NCBI GenBank assembly: GCA_964392345.1
Contig: CAYMPQ010000001.1
Coordinates: forward strand, 5,114 to 69,113
DNA: 64,000 nucleotides
Source: an uncultured Actinomycetota bacterium
GTDB taxonomy: Bacteria; Actinomycetota; Humimicrobiia; Humimicrobiales; Humimicrobiaceae
Reading direction: 5' to 3'
Part shown: in pieces, positions 17,841-26,787 of the stretch
How positions within the stretch are numbered: position 1 is the stretch's first letter
How the letters are laid out: the number at the start of each line of letters is the position of its first letter
Notes under the pieces: generated by a model
What the model was told of the DNA's origin: nothing
The model's input: only the letters and a program-made list of their open reading frames with translations
Database searches by the model: none
Made by a program: the position numbers and the translations under genes

Positions 17841-19358
17841 ATGAGTTTGCTTGGGATAGACATAGGAACAACAGGATGCAAGGCAGTTATATTTAACAGA
17901 TATGGGGAAATACTGTCAGCAGAATACAGAGAGCACCCGCTGATCCATCCAAGAGAAGGGTGGGTGGAAATTGACCCCGGCCTTATCTGGAACAATGTAA
18001 AAGATCTTGTCAGAGATGCAAGCCAGAAGATAAAAAAAGACAAGATTAAAGCATTTAGCGTATCCTGCCAGGGAGAGACTACGGTTCCGGTAAGCAGGGA
18101 TGGAAGTGCTCTATACAATGCAATAGTTACATTTGACAGCAGAACAGAGAGCCAGTACAGGTTCTGGAAGAGAAGACTGGGAGAAAAAAAGATATTTAAA
18201 ATTACCGGAATGCCACTTCACCCAATGTATTCTGTAAATAAAATAATGTGGATAAGGGAAAACCTAAAAGATGTTTACAAGAGAGCATATAAGTTTTTAT
18301 GTTTTGAAGATTACATATTTTCAAAGTTTGGTCTCACCCCAACCATAGATTATACCCTTGCTGCAAGGACAATGGCATTTGATATTAAAAGCAAGAATTG
18401 GTCTGAAGAAATACTTAAAGAAGCAAAAATAAACGTAGATATGCTCTCAGAAGTTAAACCATCAGCAGAAATTGTTGGAGAGATAAATTCAAAAATTTTA
18501 TGTGATATTGGAATTGATGGAAACGTGTTTGGGGTAACAGGCGGCCACGATCAGGCATGCGGAGCATTTGGGGCCGGTATTACTGAAGAGGGCACTGCAA
18601 TGAATGCAACAGGTACATCAGATGTGATAACCCCGATTTTAAATAAAATTTACACAACTGATAGCATGCTGGGCAACAATTACCCCTGCTATCCATATGT
18701 GGTTAAGGATAAATATATGACAATAACATTTAATCTAACAGGCGGTCTTCTTCTCAGGTGGTACCGGGATAATTTTTGTTATGAAGAAAGGGCAGCTGCA
18801 GAAAGAGAAGGCAGGGATGCTTATGATGTGATAACCAGCAAGATGCACTCCAGTCCTGCTAACATATTTATACTTCCCCATTTTGTAGGAAGCGGGACTC
18901 CTTATCTTGATTCAAAATCCAGGGGTGCTGTTTTGGGACTTGACTTGGAAACAAACAAAGCAAAAATAGCAAGAGCAATACTGGAAAGCAATACTTATGA
19001 TTTAAGGCTAAACTTAGAAAAATTGGAAGAGTCAGGAATTACTGTAGACAAGATAATTGCAATAGGCGGGGGAGCAAAATCACACGAATGGTTAAAAATA
19101 AAATCAGATATATTAAATAGAAAGATACTGACTCTAAAGAATCCGGAGGCCGCAAGTCTTGGAGCAGCAATGCTTGCCGGGCTAGCGGTTGGAGAATATA
19201 GCTCTTACAAAAATGCAGTGGAAAATACTGTAAAAGAAGATAAAATGTATTGTCCTGATAGTAACCACAGCAAGCAATATGACATAAGATACTCAATATA
19301 TAAGGACATATACAGCAAAAATAAAAATTTACTGCATAGAATTAGTAAATTGGATTAG
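17841..19358 (+). CDS. FGGY-family carbohydrate kinase (xylulokinase/ribulokinase-like). Probable start MSLLGIDIGTT; the track ORF begins 51 nt earlier at 17790.
   Basis: FGGY N-terminal GIDIGTTGCKAV motif, C-terminal IGGGAKS; RBS ggag 8 nt before the 17841 ATG. Confidence 0.8.
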   Translation: MSLLGIDIGTTGCKAVIFNRYGEILSAEYREHPLIHPREGWVEIDPGLIWNNVKDLVRDASQKIKKDKIKAFSVSCQGETTVPVSRDGSALYNAIVTFDSRTESQYRFWKRRLGEKKIFKITGMPLHPMYSVNKIMWIRENLKDVYKRAYKFLCFEDYIFSKFGLTPTIDYTLAARTMAFDIKSKNWSEEILKEAKINVDMLSEVKPSAEIVGEINSKILCDIGIDGNVFGVTGGHDQACGAFGAGITEEGTAMNATGTSDVITPILNKIYTTDSMLGNNYPCYPYVVKDKYMTITFNLTGGLLLRWYRDNFCYEERAAAEREGRDAYDVITSKMHSSPANIFILPHFVGSGTPYLDSKSRGAVLGLDLETNKAKIARAILESNTYDLRLNLEKLEESGITVDKIIAIGGGAKSHEWLKIKSDILNRKILTLKNPEAASLGAAMLAGLAVGEYSSYKNAVENTVKEDKMYCPDSNHSKQYDIRYSIYKDIYSKNKNLLHRISKLD

Positions 19359-19487
19359 TAAAAAGAGAATACTAAAATTACCATGAAGTATTTTGGCAGG
19401 ATCAATGATTTTATTTGCTCAGGCAGGTAAGATGTAATTGAGATATTTAATCTTATTTTTTAAAATAATTAATAAAAGAGAGGCAAA

Positions 19488-21011
19488 ATGAAATATATAC
19501 TGAGTCTTGACATTGGAACAACTTCAACAAGAGCAATAATAATTGATGAGGATGGAGCCCTTATATCATCAAGCACCAAAGATTACGAGCTTTACACGCC
19601 TAAGCCGGGATGGGCGGAACAGGACCCAATTGATTGGTGGGGTGCATCTGTGTTTACCATAAAAGAAGCAATTAAAAGTTCAAATATTTCTCCAAAGGAT
19701 ATCTCTGCCATAGGGCTCTCGGGGCAGATGCACGGGAGTGTCTTTTTAGACAGAAATGGAGAAGTAATTAGGCCTGCAATACTCTGGTGTGATCAGAGGA
19801 CAAATGATCAATGCAATAAGATTTACAAAATATTTGGCAGGCAAAATTTTATAAAATTATCATACAACAAAGCTCTCCCGGGGTTTACAGCACCCAAGAT
19901 ATTGTGGCTGGAAGAGAAAGAACCTCAAAACTACAAAAAGGTATCAAAAATACTCCTTCCAAAGGATTATATAAGGTACAGACTATCAGGAAAGTATGTA
20001 ACTGAAGTGTCAGATGCATCTGGAACAATACTTATGGACATTGCCAAAAGGTGCTGGTCACATGAAATATTGGATGGACTGGATATAGACAGAGATTTGC
20101 TTCCAGATGTATACGAGTCAACAGAAATAACATCATATGTAAGTAAATCGGCTTCATCAGCAACCGGTCTTACAGAAGGCACGCCCATTGCCGGAGGAGC
20201 AAGTGACAATGCAGCAGGAGCAGTTGGCTCAGGTATTATAAGGGAAGGTCTCCTGTCGGATTCTATAGGAACAAGTGGTGTCGTGTTTGCCTACAGCAAA
20301 AAACCATTATATGACAGTCAGGGAAGGGTACACTCATTCTGTCATGCTGTGCCGGGCAGGTGGCACCTTACAGGAGTAACACTGTCTGCAGCAGGGTCCC
20401 TAAAATGGTATTATGAAAATTTTGGCCCAAGCAGGAAAATTGAAGACATGTATCCGAAAATAAAAGGCTACAACCTGCTAAACAAAGAAGCGGAAAGCAT
20501 TCCTGTTGGCTCAGACGGACTTATATTTTTACCATATCTGTCAGGCGAGAGAACTCCTCATGCTGATCCTTATGCCAGAGGTGTATTTTTTGGACTGTCT
20601 TATTTGCACACCCAGAATCATTTTGTACGCTCAGTTATGGAAGGTGTGGCATTTAGCCAGCTTGATTGTCTTTCTCTTATGAGAAAGCTAAATATTGTAT
20701 CAGACAAAATAGTCCTTTTTGGCGGTGGAGCAAAAAGCAAAGTATGGAAACAGATTATTTCAGATGTAATGAATGCAAAAATTGTAACACTGAATGTCGA
20801 AGAAGGGCCGGCTTACGGGGCAGCTCTTATTGCCGGGGTTGGATGCGGAATATACAGCAGCGTAGAAGAAGCAGCCGACAAGACAATAAAGGAAGCAAGC
20901 CAGATTGATCCCATAAGGGAAAATGTAAAAAAATATGAAAAGTTATATGGAATATACGGGTCTCTTTACGCAGACTTAAAAGATGATTTTGAGAAGTTAG
21001 GCCACATTTAA
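19488..21011 (+). CDS. xylB: Xylulokinase-like FGGY carbohydrate kinase
   Basis: LSLDIGTTSTRAIII, GWAEQDP...WW and FGGGAKS are typical of XylB; 507 aa. The symbol is tentative (family-level similarity). Confidence 0.7.
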   Translation: MKYILSLDIGTTSTRAIIIDEDGALISSSTKDYELYTPKPGWAEQDPIDWWGASVFTIKEAIKSSNISPKDISAIGLSGQMHGSVFLDRNGEVIRPAILWCDQRTNDQCNKIYKIFGRQNFIKLSYNKALPGFTAPKILWLEEKEPQNYKKVSKILLPKDYIRYRLSGKYVTEVSDASGTILMDIAKRCWSHEILDGLDIDRDLLPDVYESTEITSYVSKSASSATGLTEGTPIAGGASDNAAGAVGSGIIREGLLSDSIGTSGVVFAYSKKPLYDSQGRVHSFCHAVPGRWHLTGVTLSAAGSLKWYYENFGPSRKIEDMYPKIKGYNLLNKEAESIPVGSDGLIFLPYLSGERTPHADPYARGVFFGLSYLHTQNHFVRSVMEGVAFSQLDCLSLMRKLNIVSDKIVLFGGGAKSKVWKQIISDVMNAKIVTLNVEEGPAYGAALIAGVGCGIYSSVEEAADKTIKEASQIDPIRENVKKYEKLYGIYGSLYADLKDDFEKLGHI

Positions 21012-21047
21012 TAGCGATTATCACACCAATTATAAAATACTAAATAA

Positions 21048-21109
21048 TTAACTATAGTTAAAAAATATTTTGTTTGACTAAAAGACTTTTTTTATATAAT
21101 ATAGTCAAA
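21048..21109 (+). promoter_or_regulatory. Promoter/operator region: 14-bp perfect palindrome ttaactatagttaa, then an 8-bp inverted repeat (tttgacta ... tagtcaaa) bracketing a TTGACT-N15-TATAAT promoter-like element upstream of the SorC-family regulator gene
   Basis: Palindromes and hexamers read directly from the sequence. Confidence 0.35.
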
Positions 21110-21149
21110 TGTTCATAGAGTAAACAAATGTGCAATATTAAGAAATAAT

Positions 21150-22094
21150 ATGGCCTGGACTGAAAAAAAGAAACTTATATCTAAAATATCAAGACTCTAC
21201 TATATCAGCAACTTAACCCAGCAAGAAATTGCAAATAAACTAAATTTATCAAGAACAAAAGTCTCGAGATATTTGGATATGGCGAGAAAAGAAAGAATAG
21301 TTGAGGTAAAAATTAATTCGCCCGATGAAAGCTATGAAGAGTTAGAGTGTGCAGTAGAAAAAAAATATAAGATAAAAGAATGTGCTATTGTCCCTTCTTG
21401 CGAAAGCAAAGAAGAAACTTTAAAAGAGATTGCTAAAAAGTTAAGCAATATATTTGATAGGATATTAAAGGATGGGGATTATTTAGGAATTGGCTGGGGG
21501 ACTTCATTAAAAGGCATAGCAGATTATCTTGACGTCAGCAGAAATATAAGCATAAAAGTAATTCCTATAATTGGGGGGCTTGGGAAAGTTGGCACAGGAG
21601 TTCATACAAATTCAGTTGCAAGGGCTGTAGCTGATAAAATTGGAGGGGTTAGCTATATGATTAATGCTCCTGCAGTTTTGGATAGCAAAAAAGCAAGAGA
21701 AGTCATTGAAAATGAGGGCAGCACCAGAGAAATAATAAATATGGCAGATCAAATTAATACAGCCATGGTAGGAATGGGCGATATCAGTTCTGAATCTACA
21801 CTGGTTAAGACTGGAAATTTTAGTGCAGAAGAATTTAATTACTTGAGCAGTTTGGGAGTAGTCGGAGATGTAAATTTAATTTTTATAAATGAAGATGGAG
21901 AACACATAAAAAGCAAGACAGACGATAGAATTATCAGAATTTCAGCAAGTAAAATTAAGAAGATTAAAAATAAAATAGGAGTTGGCTTTGGGGACAAAAA
22001 AGTAAAAGTTATAGAAGGAGCTCTAAAGGGCAAATTCATAAATATTTTATTAACTGATGAAGATACAGCAAAAAGTATAACCAGAGGGGATTAA
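21150..22094 (+). CDS. SorC/DeoR-family (CggR-like) sugar-phosphate-binding transcriptional regulator
   Basis: N-terminal HTH (ISNLTQQEIANKLNLSRTKVSRYLDMARKE), 314 aa, C-terminal sugar-binding domain with the GIGWGTS motif typical of SorC/CggR. Confidence 0.8.
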   Translation: MAWTEKKKLISKISRLYYISNLTQQEIANKLNLSRTKVSRYLDMARKERIVEVKINSPDESYEELECAVEKKYKIKECAIVPSCESKEETLKEIAKKLSNIFDRILKDGDYLGIGWGTSLKGIADYLDVSRNISIKVIPIIGGLGKVGTGVHTNSVARAVADKIGGVSYMINAPAVLDSKKAREVIENEGSTREIINMADQINTAMVGMGDISSESTLVKTGNFSAEEFNYLSSLGVVGDVNLIFINEDGEHIKSKTDDRIIRISASKIKKIKNKIGVGFGDKKVKVIEGALKGKFINILLTDEDTAKSITRGD

Positions 22095-23123
22095 ATGGGG
22101 AAGATTTTAAATAAAAAAAGCAAATACATAAATATTGATGGCTACAGGATAGAAGATAAATTCTCCAACTTGGAAGATGCTGTAAAGATAGAAATGCTAA
22201 AAAAAATGTATCAGATAAGGCATTTTGAGAATGAAACCGAGCAATTCATTATAAGGGGTGCAATCCACGGTACATGCCATCTTTATACTGGTGAGGAGGC
22301 AACTGCTGTAGGTGCAAATTATGCTCTGGATAGCGGTGATTATATTACTTCAACCCATAGGGGTCATGGCCATTGCATCGCAAAAGGGGCAGACATGAAT
22401 ATTATGATGGCAGAGCTATTGGGCAAGAAGACAGGATATTGTAAGGGTAAAGGTGGGTCAATGCACATAGCTGATGTTGGCTCAGGAAACCTTGGCGCAA
22501 ATGGAATAGTTGGGGGAAGCATTGGCATTGCTACAGGAGCAGCACTTACCTGTAAGATGAAGAAGAATGGGAAGATTGTAGTATGTTTCTTCGGAGATGG
22601 TGCAGCCAATCGTGGAATATTTCATAGCTCCATTAATATGGCTTCTATATGGGGGCTTCCTATAGTTTACCTTTGTGAAAATAATGTCTATGGAATGTCA
22701 ACACCGGTAAAGGAAGCATTTAATATAGAAAAGATATCAGATAGAAAATTTGCTTACGGAATTGACGGGCTTACAATTGATGGCAATAATCTGGTTGAGG
22801 TATTTAATACAGTTTCACATTTTGTAAGAGAGTGCAGGGCTGGAAGAGGTCCAGTTTTGATTGAATGCCTAACTTACAGGTGGAAGGGCCATTCTAAAAG
22901 TGATGCTCAGGTTTATAGAACAAAGGAAGAAGTAAAGCAGTGGATTGACAAAGACCCTATCAAAAGATATAAGAAAGTTCTAATTGACCGAAAGATACTA
23001 ACTGAAAAAGAAGATAGAGATTTAGAAAAAGAAGTTGTAGGCCAATTAGAGAAAGCAACTAAATTTGCCAAGGAAAGCCCCTTTCCGGAACCTTCAGAAG
23101 TTGAAGAGGATGTTTATGCATGA
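22095..23123 (+). CDS. TPP-dependent 2-oxoacid (acetoin/pyruvate-type) dehydrogenase E1 component, alpha subunit
   Basis: TPP motif GDGAANRG...N, HxxGHG motifs; 342 aa; start codon directly abuts the regulator stop (TAAATG). Confidence 0.85.
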   Translation: MGKILNKKSKYINIDGYRIEDKFSNLEDAVKIEMLKKMYQIRHFENETEQFIIRGAIHGTCHLYTGEEATAVGANYALDSGDYITSTHRGHGHCIAKGADMNIMMAELLGKKTGYCKGKGGSMHIADVGSGNLGANGIVGGSIGIATGAALTCKMKKNGKIVVCFFGDGAANRGIFHSSINMASIWGLPIVYLCENNVYGMSTPVKEAFNIEKISDRKFAYGIDGLTIDGNNLVEVFNTVSHFVRECRAGRGPVLIECLTYRWKGHSKSDAQVYRTKEEVKQWIDKDPIKRYKKVLIDRKILTEKEDRDLEKEVVGQLEKATKFAKESPFPEPSEVEEDVYA

Positions 23124-23171
23124 AAAATAGTATTATTACAATTTATAATTTGTGGAGGAATTTTTACTAGG

Positions 23172-24164
23172 ATGAGAGAATTAACATACCTTGAAGCAAT
23201 AAGAGAAGCAATGCAGCAGAAGATGAGGGAAGACAGTAGTGTATATCTTATAGGAGAAGACATAGCAGAATATGGGGGAGCATTTGGTGTGACTGTAGGG
23301 ATGCTTTCTGAATTTGGGAAAGAAAGGGTAAGAAATACTCCAATTTCTGAAGCAGCCATAATAGGAGTTGCCACTGGAAGTGCTGTTACAGGGATGAGGC
23401 CAATAGCTGAGATAATGTTTTCAGATTTTGTAACTATAGCTATGGATCAAATTGCAAACCAGGCTGCAAAAATAAGGTATATGTTTGGAGGAAAAGCTAA
23501 AGTGCCCCTGGTAATCAGAACAGCAGGAGGTGGTGGGACAGGTGCGGCTGGCCAGCATTCACAGAGTCTTGAAGCACTGGTTGCTCATATTCCAGGTTTA
23601 AAGGTTGTTATGCCTTCTTGTCCATATGATGCAAAAGGACTGTTAGTTGCATCAATTAATGACAATAATCCGGTTGTATTTATAGAGCATAAAATGCTTT
23701 ATAAAAATAAAAAGTGTATCCAACATGTACCTGAGGAAATGTATGAAATTCCACTGGGCAGCGCAGATACAAAAAGGCAGGGAAGCGATATCAGCATAGT
23801 TGCTACTTCTTTCATGGTTCAAAAGTCAATTGAGGCAGCACAAGTACTGGCAGAAGAAGAAAACATAGAATGTGAAATAATAGATTTGAGAACATTGCGG
23901 CCGCTTGATATAGACACTGTACTGGATTCAGTTAAAAAAACCGGGAGGCTCCTGTGCGTAGAAGAAGCATGCAGTTTCGGAGGTTTTATGGGAGAGGTAG
24001 CAGCAGAGGTGGTAGAAAAAGGGTTTGATTACCTCGATGCTCCTATATGCAGAGTGGCGGGAAGAAACTGTCCGGTTCCATATAGTCTTGTTTTAGAACA
24101 GGAAATGATCCCAGGTGTTGACAGAATTAAAAAAGGCGTACTTGATATTCTGCATAAGGTTTAA
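23172..24164 (+). CDS. 2-oxoacid dehydrogenase E1 component, beta subunit (transketolase-like)
   Basis: E1-beta transketolase-like pyrimidine-binding domain ([17 protein letters not shown], dimer core); 330 aa. Confidence 0.85.
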   Translation: MRELTYLEAIREAMQQKMREDSSVYLIGEDIAEYGGAFGVTVGMLSEFGKERVRNTPISEAAIIGVATGSAVTGMRPIAEIMFSDFVTIAMDQIANQAAKIRYMFGGKAKVPLVIRTAGGGGTGAAGQHSQSLEALVAHIPGLKVVMPSCPYDAKGLLVASINDNNPVVFIEHKMLYKNKKCIQHVPEEMYEIPLGSADTKRQGSDISIVATSFMVQKSIEAAQVLAEEENIECEIIDLRTLRPLDIDTVLDSVKKTGRLLCVEEACSFGGFMGEVAAEVVEKGFDYLDAPICRVAGRNCPVPYSLVLEQEMIPGVDRIKKGVLDILHKV

Positions 24165-24308
24165 TTGATGTTGCAGCGCATATTATACAGATTGGGCACA
24201 ATTTTAATTAATGCGCAATTTTAATTGATAACTCTGTTAATTAATTATAATATAAGTCCACGAGTTTTATTTTTTGGTTTTAAGTTTATTTGTTAGGAGG
24301 ATAAAGTA

Positions 24309-25511
24309 ATGCATGAAGTAATAATGCCTAAGTTAGGTCTGACCATGGAAACAGGGACGATTGAGAAATGGCATAAGAAAGAAGGAGACAAGATAGAGCA
24401 GGGAGATATACTCTTTGAAGTAATGACTGATAAAGTATCCCTGGAAGTAGAAGCATATAATTCCGGTGTTTTAAGAAAAATATTAAGAGGCGAAGGCGAA
24501 GAGGTTCCAGTAACAGAAATAGTAGCTTATATTGGCGAGAAGGATGAGGAGATTCCGTCTGGAGCCGGGAAGGCTGCTCCTGAAAAAGAGCAGGTAGCTG
24601 AAAAGAGTGAAAAAAAAGAAGCAGTTGAAGAAAAAGTTAAAGAAACTGCTGTTTCCAAAGAAAAAAGAGTTAAAATATCGCCTATTGCTAGAAAAATTGC
24701 CGAGAGCAAAAATATAGATATATCCAAAATTACAGGGTCCGGCCCCGGAGGAAGAATTGTAAAAGAAGATGTAATGGCTTTTTCAGAGACAGCTTCTGCT
24801 ATGCCAAAAGGAGAGATTGCAGTAAAATCTTCAACTCCGCTTAAAGGAATGAGAAAAGTAATAGCAGAGCGTATGAGCTATTCCAAGACCAACATTCCCC
24901 ATACTGTACTGAATGCTGTAGCCGATGCTACAGCCCTTGTGAACTTGAGGGAAAGAATAAAAGATAAAATATCATCTGTGTATGATGTAAAAATTACTTA
25001 TACAGATTTCTTGCTAAAGGCTTGCAGTGCAGCCCTAAGGGAGAGTATAGAAGTAAATTCATCTCTTCAAAATGAAAACCATATTATATATGATAATGTG
25101 AATATTGGACTTGCAATGTCTGTCAGCGGAGGGCTTATTGTTCCAACTATTTACGATTGCGATAAGATGAGCTTGATTGAAATTGCAAGGGAAAGAATAA
25201 AGTTAGTAGAGAAGGCAAAAAAAGGCGAGTTGAAGCTTGAAGAGATAACAAACGGTACCTTTACCCTGACTAATTTGGGCATGTTCGGAATAAGATCTTT
25301 TTCAGCAATAATCAATCCTCCTCAGGCAGCTATACTTGCAGTAGGTGAAATTTATGAAACACCTGCAGTAGTCAATGGAAAGATTGAAGCAGGATCAGCC
25401 TTAGAACTATCTCTTGCATGTGACCACAGGATTGTAGATGGAGCTGTTGGAGCTAAATTTTTACAGAAAGTTGTAGAATTGATTGAAAGACCTGAAATCC
25501 TTGTAATTTAA
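24309..25511 (+). CDS. Dihydrolipoamide acyltransferase E2 component (lipoyl domain, peripheral-subunit-binding domain, catalytic domain with DHRIVDGA)
   Basis: Lipoyl-lysine context EVMTDKVSLEVEA, PSBD ISPIARKIA, catalytic DHRxxDG; 400 aa. Confidence 0.9.
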   Translation: MHEVIMPKLGLTMETGTIEKWHKKEGDKIEQGDILFEVMTDKVSLEVEAYNSGVLRKILRGEGEEVPVTEIVAYIGEKDEEIPSGAGKAAPEKEQVAEKSEKKEAVEEKVKETAVSKEKRVKISPIARKIAESKNIDISKITGSGPGGRIVKEDVMAFSETASAMPKGEIAVKSSTPLKGMRKVIAERMSYSKTNIPHTVLNAVADATALVNLRERIKDKISSVYDVKITYTDFLLKACSAALRESIEVNSSLQNENHIIYDNVNIGLAMSVSGGLIVPTIYDCDKMSLIEIARERIKLVEKAKKGELKLEEITNGTFTLTNLGMFGIRSFSAIINPPQAAILAVGEIYETPAVVNGKIEAGSALELSLACDHRIVDGAVGAKFLQKVVELIERPEILVI

Positions 25512-25570
25512 AGTTGAGCTATAGCCATTGCTTTTTACGGGTGTTTTATAGTTAAATTAATAAAGATTGT

Positions 25571-25981
25571 TTGTTCATTAACATTAATTGTAAAATGAAA
25601 GACGAAGAATCAAAAATAATACTGTATTGCATAAACTGCGATGAAGAAGTAGCCCACTCTGTGTATTATACCGGCAGTTATTTGCGAAGCGTAAAATGTG
25701 ACAGGTGCGGCAAGAAAATAGAAATAGACAGACGCCACCTCAGGGCTGTTTTTGCTGAAGATTTTATAGACAGAATTTTAACAAAGCCTCACAGGATGAC
25801 TGAAGATGCGAAAAAAGCACTTGCAATTCTTGTGCCATTTTTTCCAAAGAGATTGATTAAAGAGCCTCTTGCAGTAATTAAAGATATTTGTGAAATTTTA
25901 AAAAGAGATAATGGAAGAAAGCAAGAGCGCAGAGGTAAAAAAATACATAAGGCAAAAAGTAAAAAAGAAAACAGCAGCTAA
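25571..25981 (+). CDS. Hypothetical zinc-ribbon protein with a strongly basic C-terminal tail (likely true start MKDEESK at ~25595)
   Basis: CxxC(x17)CxxC (CINCDEE...CDRCGKK) followed by K/R-rich tail RKQERRGKKIHKAKSKKENSS; no family recognised. Confidence 0.4.
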   Translation: MFININCKMKDEESKIILYCINCDEEVAHSVYYTGSYLRSVKCDRCGKKIEIDRRHLRAVFAEDFIDRILTKPHRMTEDAKKALAILVPFFPKRLIKEPLAVIKDICEILKRDNGRKQERRGKKIHKAKSKKENSS

Positions 25982-25985
25982 GATT

Positions 25986-26714
25986 TTATTTTAATACAGG
26001 AAGGCCAAATACCTCATTAAATTTTATCAGTATTTGTTCTTTGACATCGTTTATTGGAATATCTTTATTTAATATTTTTTGCATAGAAGTCTGGCTGTAT
26101 TTTTTTAATCCACAGGCTATTATGTTATCAAAGTAGCTTAAATCAACATCAACATTCAGGGAAAAACCATGCATCGTGATCCATCTTTTGATACGCACAC
26201 CGATGGAAGCAATTTTATAGTTTTCAACAAACACACCTCTATGCTTGTCAATTCTTGTGCCGCATATACCATAATGGTTTAATACTTCAATTATAAGCTG
26301 TTCAAGATTATAAACATATAAAGACAAATCTTTTTTTACATAAGATAGGTTTAAAATTGGATAACAGACAATTTGGCCGGGACCATGAAACGTTATATCA
26401 CCGCCGCGGTTGGATTGCACGAGCTCTATGTTTTGCTCTTTAAGCTTGGTATTGCTTACCAGTAAGCTATCTAATTTTTTATTATTTCCTATGGTTATAA
26501 CTGGTATATGTTCCAGGAGCAGGATTACTCCGCAGCAGTTACTGAGCTTGACTTGATCAAAAAAATATGTTTGCAGGTTATATGCATCATTGTAAGGTAT
26601 TATGCCTAAGTCCAGGTATAATATTTTACTGCTGTTTGCCTGCAGTCTGTTGATTATTTTTTTATCTTTAATAATATTATTTACGACTGAGTTATTTTGT
26701 TTTAAAATTTGCAT
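25986..26714 (-). CDS. lipB: Lipoyl(octanoyl) transferase LipB
   Basis: RGGDITFHGPGQIVCYP matches the LipB RGGxxTxHGPGQ motif; 242 aa; convergent with the E2 operon and adjacent to lpd. Confidence 0.75.
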   Translation of the reverse strand: MQILKQNNSVVNNIIKDKKIINRLQANSSKILYLDLGIIPYNDAYNLQTYFFDQVKLSNCCGVILLLEHIPVITIGNNKKLDSLLVSNTKLKEQNIELVQSNRGGDITFHGPGQIVCYPILNLSYVKKDLSLYVYNLEQLIIEVLNHYGICGTRIDKHRGVFVENYKIASIGVRIKRWITMHGFSLNVDVDLSYFDNIIACGLKKYSQTSMQKILNKDIPINDVKEQILIKFNEVFGLPVLK

Positions 26715-26787
26715 GATTCTACATATTATACTATAGATACATAATTTACTAATGCACTAATGCTGTATGGAAGGGAGATATTGGGTA

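Noticed and set aside
20666-20908. 80-aa Cys/Arg-rich plus-strand ORF
   Set aside because: Out-of-frame overlap inside the xylulokinase-like gene; no independent signals.
24170-24300. Direct repeats caattttaatt x2 in the 145-bp gap between the E1-beta and E2 genes
   Set aside because: AT-rich short repeats with no dyad symmetry; could be chance in low-GC DNA. No ORF or RNA motif recognised.
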